This document shows positions 7,986 to 17,730 of a DNA stretch of 44,101 nucleotides, one piece after another. Source of the stretch: a virus; the IMG/VR virus record IMGVR_UViG_3300026288_000007, positions 1-44,101 of that record; one strand, given 5' to 3'. The translations under genes were made by a program, and so were the position numbers. Position 1 is the first letter of the stretch; every line of letters starts with the position of its first letter. The notes beneath the pieces are model-generated. The model had not been told where the DNA came from. It worked only from the letters and a program-made list of their open reading frames with translations, and made no database searches.

Positions 7986-8155
7986 CGTGATTTGCCGTTT
8001 GTTGATAATTGAATTTTATCTTGTATAGCTTGTTCCAAAATCTGGAGTTCGCTATTTGAAAGCGTATCATACGCCTCCCTGGTTATTTTTTCCATTTGGT
8101 CAACAGAACGAGCCATCTTAACCCGATTCAATAATTTTCTTAGTTGCTTTTTCAT
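7979..8155 (-). CDS. Hypothetical protein (58 aa, not in ORF track)
   Basis: MKKQLRKLLNRVKMARSVDQMEK...; first ORF after promoter 8190-8222. Confidence 0.6.
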   Translation of the reverse strand: MKKQLRKLLNRVKMARSVDQMEKITREAYDTLSNSELQILEQAIQDKIQLSTNGKSRW

Positions 8156-8189
8156 TTTTTATAATTTTTGTTTGTTAATTAATATACCA

Positions 8190-8222
8190 CAAAGATAATA
8201 CCCTTGCACTCTCTTATCCAAA
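8190..8222 (-). promoter_or_regulatory. Bacteroidota-type promoter for the recombination operon
   Basis: TTTG-N21-TATCTTTG on the minus strand. Confidence 0.75.
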
Positions 8223-8447
8223 CTTTTTGCTAATTATTTTTAATAAAAATGTATTTATTTCCAGATCAACCCAAAATATAACCAAAACAATTACACTTTT
8301 TGACTATTTTGCGTATGATCATATTTTGAAAATTCACAAATAATATTAATATACTTATGTGAACAAAATATTAAATAATATATATTCATTAATATATAAT
8401 CAAATAATATTAACATATTGTAAGCATTTAAAATTATCCGGTTCAGG

Positions 8448-8733
8448 TGTAACAAATGTTACAGCAATGTTACACCAATGTTACAGTACTGTAACATGCC
8501 TCAAATCCACGTATAACAAGGGTTTCAAAGTATTCTTCAATATAAATGTTACAGTGTTACAGTGAATTAAAAATTTAAAAAAAATATTCGGATAAAAATC
8601 AAAAAAAATAAAAAAAGTGTAACAAGTGTAACATTTTGAATATTATAATATGTACAATTGATGTGTATCAATACATTATAATAAAAACAGGTGTAACATT
8701 AGGTGTAACATTACTGTAACATTTACTGTAACA
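8448..8733. repeat. Putative replication origin: 13 TGTAACA/TGTTACA iterons around an AT-rich core
   Basis: Copies at 8448, 8457, 8468, 8479, 8490, 8547, 8555, 8618, 8627, 8692, 8704, 8715, 8727. Non-coding region upstream of the primase. Confidence 0.75.
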
Positions 8734-8882
8734 TTTTTGGTGAAATTGGTCATTTTCTCCAAAAAATAGTTTATATTAGAAAAATATATATATGTTTTTA
8801 CAAGTTTTTGCCAAAATTAGAAATTATCAAATTAAATATTATTATAATATGTTAATATTATCACAGATAGGTCAATTTATAT

Positions 8883-9023
8883 TACATTTGCCTTTTAAAC
8901 GCTCCTCAAGCATGACAGAAAAAATTAAGATATACGATAACAAACGAAGTGAGGAGCGTTTTTTTATCGGGCACAAGGGGAGCGGAGTAATCTTTTTCAC
9001 TCGAAATTGACAAACCTCCCCTT
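8883..9023 (+). promoter_or_regulatory. -7 element and structured leader of the primase operon
   Basis: TACATTTG 8883-8890; inverted repeats aaacgctcctca 8897-8908/tgaggagcgttt 8950-8961 and aaggggag 8975-8982/ctcccctt 9016-9023. Confidence 0.55.
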
Positions 9024-9036
9024 TTAATTTTTTGTT

Positions 9037-11289
9037 ATGAAAGAATTAGTAGGTTTTTATCTTAAGTATTTAGAAGGTGATTTCTCATTGACTGTAGTCG
9101 ATGACAAAAAAGCGTCGATATGCAAATGGACCGAATTACAAACAAAGAAGTTAAATAAGGATGAATTTACAAATATATATTCATCACCAAAGGCTCGAGG
9201 AGCAGCATTGATAACCGGTTATGATAATCTTGAAGTTGTCGATGTTGACCTGAAGGTATTCAGTACTACGCCCGAAAAAGAAGAATTTTGGAATACCTTA
9301 TTATCATTATTGCGGGAGGCAATTTATGATTTCGATAAAATATTTTCGATTTACAAAACAAAAAATGCGGGCTATCATATTCTTTACAAAACAAAAAGAT
9401 GCCAACCATCTCAAAAGTTAGCAAAACTTGAAAATCATACTCAGGCAGTTATTGAGACTAAAGGGAAAAAAGGGTATGTTATCATGTACCCGGACGGTTG
9501 TGTTAACGGTATTGAGTATAAGGATATTCAATATATCAATGATAAGGATTGGAATTCATTAATGTTGATATGCAAATCATTTGATTATATTATTGAAGAT
9601 AATATTATTGTTCAACCTAAACAGACAAAAACACACAACAATGGTATCACACCATTAGACGATTTTAACTCGCAAAATAAGGTGTGGGATGTTATTAATG
9701 AAGAATTTACAATCGTCAAAAATCTAAGTGATAGGTTAGTTTTAAAAAGGATTGGTTCAGAGAATTTTTTATCAGGTAGCATATTCAAAGAATCAGATCT
9801 ATTATATTTATTTACAACAAGTACCATTTATCCGGCAGAAAAAGGGTTATCTGCCGCTGCCGCATACGCATACAAGTATCATAACGGTGACTTTAACAAA
9901 GCCGCTAAAGACTTGTATAATCAAGGTTTTGGGTCACGACTTGAAAAGGAATACAAGGAAAAGGAAAAGATAATAATTAATGAAAATATTGATTATGAAT
10001 ATAATAATGAGGACATTATATTTCCAATTGATGTTTTTCCACTTCAATTCAAAAACTTCATCCTACAATGTAATGAAAGGCTTGATACCGTTATTGATTA
10101 TGCGGGATGTAGTTTGCTATGGGCGGTATCTTTGATAATCGGAAATAGTTTACAAGTGAAGGTAAAAAATGGGTGGTATGAGCTCCCTGTCGTTTGGTTT
10201 TCTTTAGTAGGTAATCCGGGTATTGGAAAAACTCCCTCTATAAGATTAATGTTAGCACCGTTAATAAAGGAAAACAACAAAAAGATTAAAGAATACATTG
10301 AAAGAAAAAAAGAATATGATGCGTATGAAAAGTTATCAAAAGCGGAAAAAGAGAAACATATAGACGTTGAACCACCTTCAAAAAAACAAAACATAGTCGA
10401 TGATATTACAATGGAAGCATTAATTGACCTACATGAAAATGTTCCTCATGGAATAGGAATATTCAAAGATGAATTAGCAGGGTGGCTTAAAGATATGAAT
10501 AAATACCGGTCCGGGTCAGATCTTGAAGCCTGGTTATCATCGTGGAGCGGTTCAAGTATTAACATTAACAGGATGACACGTCCAGGATCTTTTGTTGAAA
10601 AACCATTTATGCCGGTAATTGGTGGAATACAACCCGGAATATTAAATACATTATACAGCGAGGATAAGAAGGATAATGGGTTTATGGACAGAATGTTAAT
10701 TTCATTCCCGGAAAATATAGTACCACTTTATAATGATAAAGAAATAGATTATGATGTGTTGAAATGGTATGACATGGCAATAAAAAAAACTATTTCATTA
10801 ATAGAACAAATTGATGATGATAGGAATAAAGTAGTTTTTTCCACGAATGCAAAAAAGATGTGGATAGATAAATTTAACGAAATTAGCAACAAACAGAATT
10901 CAGAAAATGAAAATGAGTACTTTAAGTCGATGTACCCAAAACAAAAATCCTATATCCCTCGTTTTGCACTCATTCTTAACGTCTTATTTTGCACCATTGA
11001 CGATAAATATAGTATTGATGTAATATGTGATAAGGCGATGGAAGGGGCGATAAAATTAAGTGATTATTTTGTCGCTCATGCCAAAAAGATAAAATTTGAA
11101 AAAAAGGTTACTGAAGACATGGAAAATGTAACGAATAATCACAATTCGATATATGAAAAAGTCAAAGCTGCATACAATAATGATAACAACTTCAATAGAA
11201 GCAAATTAGCAGACTTATTATCAGTATCACGCATTACAATTATCCGTTATGTAAATGAAATAAAAGATGCGCATGAAGGTAAGTATTAA
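9037..11289 (+). CDS. Bifunctional primase-polymerase (Prim-Pol) fused to DUF3987-like ATPase/helicase domain
   Basis: VVDVD and TKNAGYH, ETKGKKGYV AEP motifs; Walker A GNPGIGKT; DELAGW; GGIQP; GFMDR; C-terminal HTH. Confidence 0.88.
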   Translation: MKELVGFYLKYLEGDFSLTVVDDKKASICKWTELQTKKLNKDEFTNIYSSPKARGAALITGYDNLEVVDVDLKVFSTTPEKEEFWNTLLSLLREAIYDFDKIFSIYKTKNAGYHILYKTKRCQPSQKLAKLENHTQAVIETKGKKGYVIMYPDGCVNGIEYKDIQYINDKDWNSLMLICKSFDYIIEDNIIVQPKQTKTHNNGITPLDDFNSQNKVWDVINEEFTIVKNLSDRLVLKRIGSENFLSGSIFKESDLLYLFTTSTIYPAEKGLSAAAAYAYKYHNGDFNKAAKDLYNQGFGSRLEKEYKEKEKIIINENIDYEYNNEDIIFPIDVFPLQFKNFILQCNERLDTVIDYAGCSLLWAVSLIIGNSLQVKVKNGWYELPVVWFSLVGNPGIGKTPSIRLMLAPLIKENNKKIKEYIERKKEYDAYEKLSKAEKEKHIDVEPPSKKQNIVDDITMEALIDLHENVPHGIGIFKDELAGWLKDMNKYRSGSDLEAWLSSWSGSSININRMTRPGSFVEKPFMPVIGGIQPGILNTLYSEDKKDNGFMDRMLISFPENIVPLYNDKEIDYDVLKWYDMAIKKTISLIEQIDDDRNKVVFSTNAKKMWIDKFNEISNKQNSENENEYFKSMYPKQKSYIPRFALILNVLFCTIDDKYSIDVICDKAMEGAIKLSDYFVAHAKKIKFEKKVTEDMENVTNNHNSIYEKVKAAYNNDNNFNRSKLADLLSVSRITIIRYVNEIKDAHEGKY

Positions 11290-11539
11290 TGATATTGTTA
11301 TTGGGAAGATGCAGGGTGAAGATGTGATAATTATAAAATCAGTCGATTTGATTAATGATGACGGCACGTATTTTAGAAAAGCAAAAGTGAATGAAAAACT
11401 TGTCGAATTGATAAAAGAAGAATTATCCTCATTTGACACCAATCCTGCTGAAAATAGGATTAATAAACTTCATTATATGAGCAATAAGAACCCTCTTGTA
11501 ATAGATTTGGTGAAGAATTTGAAATTGAAAATATGTTAA
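11267..11539 (+). CDS. Hypothetical protein
   Basis: Overlaps both neighbours in the operon. Confidence 0.65.
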   Translation: MRMKVSINDIVIGKMQGEDVIIIKSVDLINDDGTYFRKAKVNEKLVELIKEELSSFDTNPAENRINKLHYMSNKNPLVIDLVKNLKLKIC

Positions 11540-13023
11540 GGGATTATCAACTCAATGCTATTGAATCAATTGAAAAAGAATTTGATAATGGTGGGAATAG
11601 ATGCCTCCTTCAGATGCCTACCGGAGCAGGGAAGACTTATGTTTTCTGCGAACTTGCAAAACGTTCTTTTCTGACTGAAATAAAGAAAGTATTAATTATT
11701 GTACATAGGAAAGAATTATTAAAACAAGCATACGAATCATTAGGAGAAAGATGTTTTAAAATTGAGGCAAAAATAAAAAATATTAATCCAAATTATGATT
11801 ATTACGTCGGGATGGTTGAGACGGTTAATAGGCGGATTCAAAAACTCCCGGAATTTGGACTTATTATTATTGATGAAGCTCATATCGGGAATTTCAATAA
11901 ATTAGACTTCTTCAAAAATGAAAGCATAAAAATTGTAGGGGTCAGCGCCACGCCAAGCAGCAGCAATAAAATCTCTCTATCAGATATGTATAAAAAAATA
12001 ATAATCCCAACAAGCATATCTTTTTTGATTAAAAATAATTATCTGGTCGATGCTCATACCTATTCTTTTGAAGAACAAAATATTAAAAATGCAAATTTTA
12101 AAACAGATAGGTCAGGTGATTATAATATTGACCAAATGTCACAATTTTATGAAAAAAGAGGCATGATAGAAACGGTAATTAACAATTACTGGAAACACAT
12201 ACCTGGTAAAAAAACAATGGTATTCAACACATCAATAAAACACAATAAAAAGGTACATGAGGCATTTTTAAACGAAGGATTAAAATCATATTATGTAGAT
12301 TCTTTAATGTCAGATGAAGAAAGAGACGAGAAAATAACTTCCTTTATCGAAGATCCTCACGGCATAATGAATAATGTAGGAATCTTAACAACAGGGTTCG
12401 ATTGTCCATCAATAGAGGCAATAATATTAAATCGAGCAACAAAAAGTATTAATCTTTATTACCAGATGATAGGTAGGGGCGCACGCACAGCAAAGAACAA
12501 AGAATATTTCACAATCCTCGATTTAGGCAATAACGCAATTACGCATTCCCTTTATTCTTCTAATGTAGATTGGGAATATTATTTTAAAAAAAGCAAAAAG
12601 GAAAGCAATTCAGGGAATGCTGCTCCGACAAAGACATGCCCAAAATGTGGGGGCGTCGTCTATATTAATGCAAAATTATGCCCACTCTGTAATTATGTAT
12701 TCCCAATAAAAACACCGGCCGAAAGGTTACAAGAAAAACTTGTAAAATTAAATGCCGATGACCCTATAAAAATAAATATAAAAGGATTGATTGAGATAGG
12801 TAGTATGAGGGGTTGGAATGTGTATGCATATCCCTACAAAATAGCAGAGCACCTTCTTAATTATCAAAGAAAACATAAAGATATTATAGATGATGATACC
12901 CTAATAGCTCTTGCAAACCCTTTTTTTGAGGAATGGTGTAAAATAACTGGAAAGGGAAGAACGCAATGGAATAAGGATTTTTTTCACAATGCAATAAAAA
13001 AAGTACAAAGTGAAAAAAAGTGA
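11533..13023 (+). CDS. Superfamily II DEAH helicase with Zn finger
   Basis: LRDYQ, PTGAGKT, DEAH, SAT, TTGFD, QMIGRGAR, CPKC...CPLC. Confidence 0.95.
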   Translation: MLRDYQLNAIESIEKEFDNGGNRCLLQMPTGAGKTYVFCELAKRSFLTEIKKVLIIVHRKELLKQAYESLGERCFKIEAKIKNINPNYDYYVGMVETVNRRIQKLPEFGLIIIDEAHIGNFNKLDFFKNESIKIVGVSATPSSSNKISLSDMYKKIIIPTSISFLIKNNYLVDAHTYSFEEQNIKNANFKTDRSGDYNIDQMSQFYEKRGMIETVINNYWKHIPGKKTMVFNTSIKHNKKVHEAFLNEGLKSYYVDSLMSDEERDEKITSFIEDPHGIMNNVGILTTGFDCPSIEAIILNRATKSINLYYQMIGRGARTAKNKEYFTILDLGNNAITHSLYSSNVDWEYYFKKSKKESNSGNAAPTKTCPKCGGVVYINAKLCPLCNYVFPIKTPAERLQEKLVKLNADDPIKINIKGLIEIGSMRGWNVYAYPYKIAEHLLNYQRKHKDIIDDDTLIALANPFFEEWCKITGKGRTQWNKDFFHNAIKKVQSEKK

Positions 13024-13375
13024 AAACAAAATTCAAGCAGAATGTTACATGTGGTATAACAACACTTATTGCCTCAAGCAGCAAAAAAACAGAGGCATGA
13101 TGTTTTCAATCCCAAATGAACTTGGCACAACAAATGCAATAAAAACGGTAATATCAAAATCAATGGGATTACTTGCAGGCGTAGCAGACACAATCGTCAT
13201 CCTCCCGTCAAAAGAACTTGTTTTTGTCGAATTTAAAACGGACGTAGGCCGTCAATCCAAAGCGCAAAAAGAATTTGAAAAGCGTGTTACCGATTTAGCT
13301 TACAAATACTTTGTTATTCGATCATTATCAGAGTTTAAAGAATTAATCATAACTTTGTTAAAAAATATAACATGA
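13010..13375 (+). CDS. VRR-NUC domain nuclease
   Basis: SENKIQ, GLLAGVAD, FVEFKT..GRQSKAQ. GTG start. Confidence 0.9.
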   Translation: MKKSENKIQAECYMWYNNTYCLKQQKNRGMMFSIPNELGTTNAIKTVISKSMGLLAGVADTIVILPSKELVFVEFKTDVGRQSKAQKEFEKRVTDLAYKYFVIRSLSEFKELIITLLKNIT

Positions 13376-13671
13376 ACAATTTAGCAACACTATTTATCAA
13401 GACAGAAACGATTAAGATTCTTCTTGAAACCTTACAAAAAAAAGGTTCTAAAGGCGTTGAATTGACAATCTCAACGTCAGACAAAAATAACGACTACAAC
13501 CAAAATGTGTCGGCATGGGTAGCACAATCAAAAGAAGAAAGGGAAGCAGAAAAAAAGAAATTCTATGTCGGCAATGGGCGTGTCTTTTGGGGTGATGGCA
13601 TTGTCCCAAAAAATGAACCAAAAGAAGAAGTTAATGACACAATTTTTGTAGGTGATGAATTGCCATTCTAA
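13372..13671 (+). CDS. Putative ssDNA-binding protein
   Basis: Acidic C-terminal DELPF tail, YVGNG motif, position in the replication module. Confidence 0.55.
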   Translation: MNNLATLFIKTETIKILLETLQKKGSKGVELTISTSDKNNDYNQNVSAWVAQSKEEREAEKKKFYVGNGRVFWGDGIVPKNEPKEEVNDTIFVGDELPF

Positions 13672-13721
13672 GTTATGATAGATAGAATTAAAGGGATAAT
13701 TAATGTATAAAGGAAAAAAAG

Positions 13722-13729
13722 TATCTTTG
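13722..13729 (+). promoter_or_regulatory. -7 promoter element for the tRNA-like RNA and terminase operon
   Basis: TATCTTTG. Confidence 0.55.
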
Positions 13730-13747
13730 CAAGAGAGAAAAAAACAA

Positions 13748-13818
13748 GCGGCAGAAGCATAAAAGTAATGCGCTTGACGTTCCAGTCAGGAGAAGGGGTG
13801 CGATACCACCCTGCCGCT
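13748..13818 (+). tRNA. tRNA-Gly(TCC)-like element, non-canonical
   Basis: Acceptor GCGGCAG/CTGCCGC plus U discriminator; D stem GCAT/ATGC; anticodon arm CTTGA-CGTTCCAG-TCAGG; degenerate T arm (TGCGATA loop); CTA instead of CCA. Confidence 0.65.
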
Positions 13819-13827
13819 CTAATTATT

Positions 13828-14385
13828 ATGAAACAAAAAAAACGCATATCAAAAACTGAATCCATTAAGCAGATTTTAAACCTGCTAAGGAAAGGGTATG
13901 CGACAGAGGAGATATTGGAAGAAATCAGTAGCAATTGGGTGTTACCTGAAACGACATTCTATAATCATTTTAAAGAAGCCAAAAAAACATATAATAATGA
14001 GCTACAAGAGCAGCAAAAGGAGATTGAGGTAGCAAGAGCCGCAGAGGTAAAGAAAGCCACTCAAAAAGGCTTAAAATCGAAATTTGAAAGAGATGTAGAA
14101 ATTCAGGACGAAATAGAACATTACAAAAGCGTTCTTTCAGGCGAAAAAAAGGTATCATTCATCTTAGGGCAAAAAGTATCAGCAACAGAAAACCTACCTA
14201 TCCAACTCGTCCTACTCGTTCAGAATACAATAAACGACCTGCGCAAAGAATTAGCAAAAAGATTAGGCGAATATGCCGCTACAAGTATTAAAGTAGAAGA
14301 AGTTAAACCTGATGTCACATACATGACATTATCCGAGCTTGACGAAATGGAAAGGAGACTAAATGGAACAAGCGATTCAACGTAA
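13828..14385 (+). CDS. terS: Terminase small subunit (putative)
   Basis: N-terminal HTH-like region plus coiled coil, overlapping terL. ATG at 13828 preferred because 13768 is inside the tRNA-like RNA. Confidence 0.7.
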   Translation: MKQKKRISKTESIKQILNLLRKGYATEEILEEISSNWVLPETTFYNHFKEAKKTYNNELQEQQKEIEVARAAEVKKATQKGLKSKFERDVEIQDEIEHYKSVLSGEKKVSFILGQKVSATENLPIQLVLLVQNTINDLRKELAKRLGEYAATSIKVEEVKPDVTYMTLSELDEMERRLNGTSDST

Positions 14386-15820
14386 AGGCGAACTTGAAAG
14401 AAAAATAAAGCAAAGACAGTGCCTTATTTCATTGCGACGTTTTTCTGAACACTTTTGGAATATCATTATTGAAAATGATCTTGTTTGGTCAGAACACATG
14501 TCAATAATGTGTGATGAGATTGAAGAAGTGTATAAGTTAGTTTTCCAGCGGAAACCAAAAAAACATGACCTTATAATAAATATACCACCCGGCACGTCAA
14601 AGACGACAATATGTTCTATTATGGCCACCTGCTGGGCTTTTGCAAACATGCCTGAAATACGAATACTTGTAGCGAGTTATGCAGATGACGCTGTAATAAG
14701 TATAGCAGATAAGATAAAGCTTATATTGAATAGCGAACGATACAAAGAGCTATTCACGTGGGTAGCAATACGGCATGATGTCAATAACAAGCACAATATA
14801 AAGACGACAAAAAACGGTGAGTTATATGCAGCGTCGGTAAAGGGAACAATTACCTCAAAACACTTTGATATATTGACAGTTGATGACCCAATAAACCCAA
14901 AAGATGTAGATAGCCGGAGCGCAATTATTGCTGTTAATACAAAGTTTTACGCTCGTACATTGCCAACAAGAAAGGTAGATAAGGAGGTTACTCCGACAGT
15001 AACGATAATGCAAAGATTGGGGGTTAATGATCCGACTGCATATCTGATTGAAAAAAATAAGGAAGGAACAAGACATGTAGTCCTACCGGCAACAAATGAA
15101 TACGCCGTTAAACCGGAAATATACAAAGATATCTATGTTAATGGGTTACTTGACCCTATAAGACTATCACAAAAAATCCTTTCTGATGCTAAACGCGACT
15201 TAGGGTTAACAGAATATGCAGGGCAGTTCGGTCAGTCGCCTGTTCCATTTGGTGGGAACATAATAAAAGATGGGTGGATAACTATTATTGAAAAGACTGA
15301 TTATTTTCTAAAAAAATCTTTGGTCTTTAATTATTTCCTTGACACTGCATACACGAAAGACACAAAGAATGACCCTACCGGAATGCTAACTGCAACGATA
15401 ATAGATGGTGATCTGATAGTGTATGATTATTGGGCAAAGCACCTTGAGTTATTTGACTGTGTGAACGAGATAGAGAATACATATAATGAAAAAGGGGATA
15501 TAAGAAGTAAGGTAATTATCGAAAACAAAGCCTCCGGCATAAGTATCAACACAGAATTAAAGAGAAAGTTCAAAAACAAGATGAATATTTTCTTATACAA
15601 TGTGAAAGGTAAGAAAGAGGATAGGCTACGCTCGTATGAAGGGTACTTTCAATCTGGCAAAGTAAAGCTTGTAAAAGGGGATTGGAATGAAGCCTTCATA
15701 GCTGAACTTACCGGATACCCTGATGTCCCACATGATGAATCAATCGACTGTATAACGATGGCACTTAATTATTATCTTGTCAATGCAAGTCGTGGACAAA
15801 GAAAAATGGAAATATATTAA
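14363..15820 (+). CDS. terL: Terminase large subunit
   Basis: INIPPGTSKT Walker A, LTVDDP Walker B, IMQRL, QFGQSP, nuclease DTA...IENKASG...HDESID. Confidence 0.96.
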   Translation: MEQAIQRKGELERKIKQRQCLISLRRFSEHFWNIIIENDLVWSEHMSIMCDEIEEVYKLVFQRKPKKHDLIINIPPGTSKTTICSIMATCWAFANMPEIRILVASYADDAVISIADKIKLILNSERYKELFTWVAIRHDVNNKHNIKTTKNGELYAASVKGTITSKHFDILTVDDPINPKDVDSRSAIIAVNTKFYARTLPTRKVDKEVTPTVTIMQRLGVNDPTAYLIEKNKEGTRHVVLPATNEYAVKPEIYKDIYVNGLLDPIRLSQKILSDAKRDLGLTEYAGQFGQSPVPFGGNIIKDGWITIIEKTDYFLKKSLVFNYFLDTAYTKDTKNDPTGMLTATIIDGDLIVYDYWAKHLELFDCVNEIENTYNEKGDIRSKVIIENKASGISINTELKRKFKNKMNIFLYNVKGKKEDRLRSYEGYFQSGKVKLVKGDWNEAFIAELTGYPDVPHDESIDCITMALNYYLVNASRGQRKMEIY

Positions 15821-15864
15821 TGATTATTACCTTTTAATTGTACTTTTGTGAAAAAGAATTAATA

Positions 15865-16224
15865 ATGGAAAAAATAACAAAAGCTCTAATCGAGGAGATT
15901 AATGACATTACCTCTTATTCCGACCTCATTAAATTGCAAAAATTAATTGATGTTGTAATTAATAACGACTTTAGGAATTCAGAAAAAATAAGGAGTGCAG
16001 TTGCAGAAACAAAAAAGAAGATTAACACGACTGAACTAAAAAATAAAGAAAACAAATCTTATCGTCCTTTAGACTTTAAAAGATTGAGCGACCCTGATTA
16101 TAACCCTTACGCACGTAAACAACAAAAAGAAATTGAAGAAGATGAAGGCATTCTTGAAGTGGAATATGAAGACCCTGAGCAGGAAATAAAAAAAGAAACA
16201 AGGGGACGTAAACCAAAAAAATGA
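15865..16224 (+). CDS. Hypothetical protein with C-terminal basic AT-hook-like tail
   Basis: Ends KKETRGRKPKK. TACTTTTG -7 element at 15841-15848 argues for the start at 15865. Confidence 0.7.
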   Translation: MEKITKALIEEINDITSYSDLIKLQKLIDVVINNDFRNSEKIRSAVAETKKKINTTELKNKENKSYRPLDFKRLSDPDYNPYARKQQKEIEEDEGILEVEYEDPEQEIKKETRGRKPKK

Positions 16225-17266
16225 TAATAGCAACACTTACAACGCCAAATGGAATTAATGTATTATTAAACATACCGGAATCGGCAAAAGAAATACCATT
16301 CTCAAAGTATGTCAGTGCAAACATAGAGTACATTAGTATTTGCGAGCGATTCGACGAAACAAAAAACAATTATTCTGGAGCACAATTAAATGATATTGTT
16401 CGATTTCTTTCATTTGTACTTGATGTCGATCCAAAGGAACTTTTAGGCTTGAAAGTCGGTAACTTAAATGATATTACAAATAAAATCGCCAAAGGATTAG
16501 ATGCTAAAGGAACGTGGGAGGAAGTTGACATTACGTTATACTTGCTATTCGATTATATTTCAAATATTTTTGCCGTTGAGGATTATGCGAGTAAGAAAAT
16601 AAGTACATTTGAATTGAACGGCAAAAAGTACAATGTCCCAGAATACTTTAGAACTGCTTTAACGACCGGGTCATCAGAACTAAAAGCATGGCAGGGTTTA
16701 GAATGTGCAGAAGCCTACCGGCACATAAATCAATATGTAACATCAATAAAGGATAAATTAGGGGATGAAGATATTTATGTAAGTAAATTAAGCGATGATG
16801 AAAAAGATCAACTCGCACAAATTACATATAATGGCTATATGAGGGTATTAGCCTGTTTAGCACAGGAAGAAGGCACACACTTAGCAAATATAATAATGTC
16901 TGGGGGTGCTGATGTAAGTGATTACATAGAAAGGAAGGCAAATGAATTAAATCAAATTGATGCAGATACAGCGTTAGCAGTGTTTTTTTTTGGTCTGAAT
17001 ATTGGGGAGACATTAATAAATCAGCTCGTTATGAATATGCCTTTAACCCTCCACAATCAACAACGCCAATAACTTCCGATCAATTAAAAGGTATTGCAGA
17101 AATGAGGGCGGCTGCGATAGCTGCATTTGAAAGAGTAGGATATCATGCCTTTATTTTTAAGGCGTTGAACATAAGACTGTACAATAATTATATGGATGCG
17201 TTAAATGATAATTTTAAAAATCTACTACGAAATATACACCTATTCAATGGCAGTGAACATGTATGA
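16221..17266 (+). CDS. Tail assembly chaperone pair (G 16221..17072; GT via -1 frameshift to 17266)
   Basis: T9 slippery run at 16983-16991 (VFFF). The -1 frame stays open 91 codons (WSEYWGDIN...GSEHV*) and fills the gap up to the convergent gene. Confidence 0.72.
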
Positions 17267-17268
17267 TA

Positions 17269-17499
17269 TCACTTCCTTATTATCCATCTTATAGCTGCCC
17301 TTGAAAGTCCATACTTAATAATAAGCTGCCCTTCGCTCATCCCTGCGTTATTGTCGTCAATAACAAATCGTCGGACTAAGCTGTTGTAAGGGATAAAGGC
17401 AAAAGAATCTTTTTGCGAGCGTGTTACAATATCGACGCACAAGATTAATTTTATTATTGTCTCCCTCTTAGGGTGATCTTCGCTATAATCATTGATCAT
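17269..17499 (-). CDS. Small HTH protein (Mor-like C-terminus)
   Basis: GMSEGQLIIKYGLSRAAIRWII matches a Mor/GerE-like HTH pattern. Confidence 0.6.
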   Translation of the reverse strand: MINDYSEDHPKRETIIKLILCVDIVTRSQKDSFAFIPYNSLVRRFVIDDNNAGMSEGQLIIKYGLSRAAIRWIIRK

Positions 17500-17698
17500 T
17501 CAAAAAGTATTTTTGATTCTTCTTTAACTTAAACTTATCGTACAAAGATAAAACAGCATTACCACAACAATAGCTAACATTGCTAAGTTTGTATTTGTCA
17601 TGAATGTTAATCAATCCGGCATAATTAAAAGAATCTATTAAAGTAATTATATGCTTGTATTCAGATTTTGGGATTCGTTCCCAATGAAATTCTGCCAT
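17489..17698 (-). CDS. Hypothetical protein
   Basis: Overlaps the downstream gene; TAATTTTG element at 17720-17727 upstream. Confidence 0.6.
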   Translation of the reverse strand: MAEFHWERIPKSEYKHIITLIDSFNYAGLINIHDKYKLSNVSYCCGNAVLSLYDKFKLKKNQKYFLNDQ

Positions 17699-17730
17699 TT
17701 TTTCACGAGTTTAGTCCTACAAAATTATGA

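Noticed and set aside
8359..9010. ORFs 8359..8565 and 8792..9010
   Set aside because: They overlie iterons, promoter and leader hairpins in AT-rich DNA; likely spurious.
13768..13827. terS N-terminal extension
   Set aside because: Read-through of the tRNA-like structure; the ATG at 13828 has a better context.
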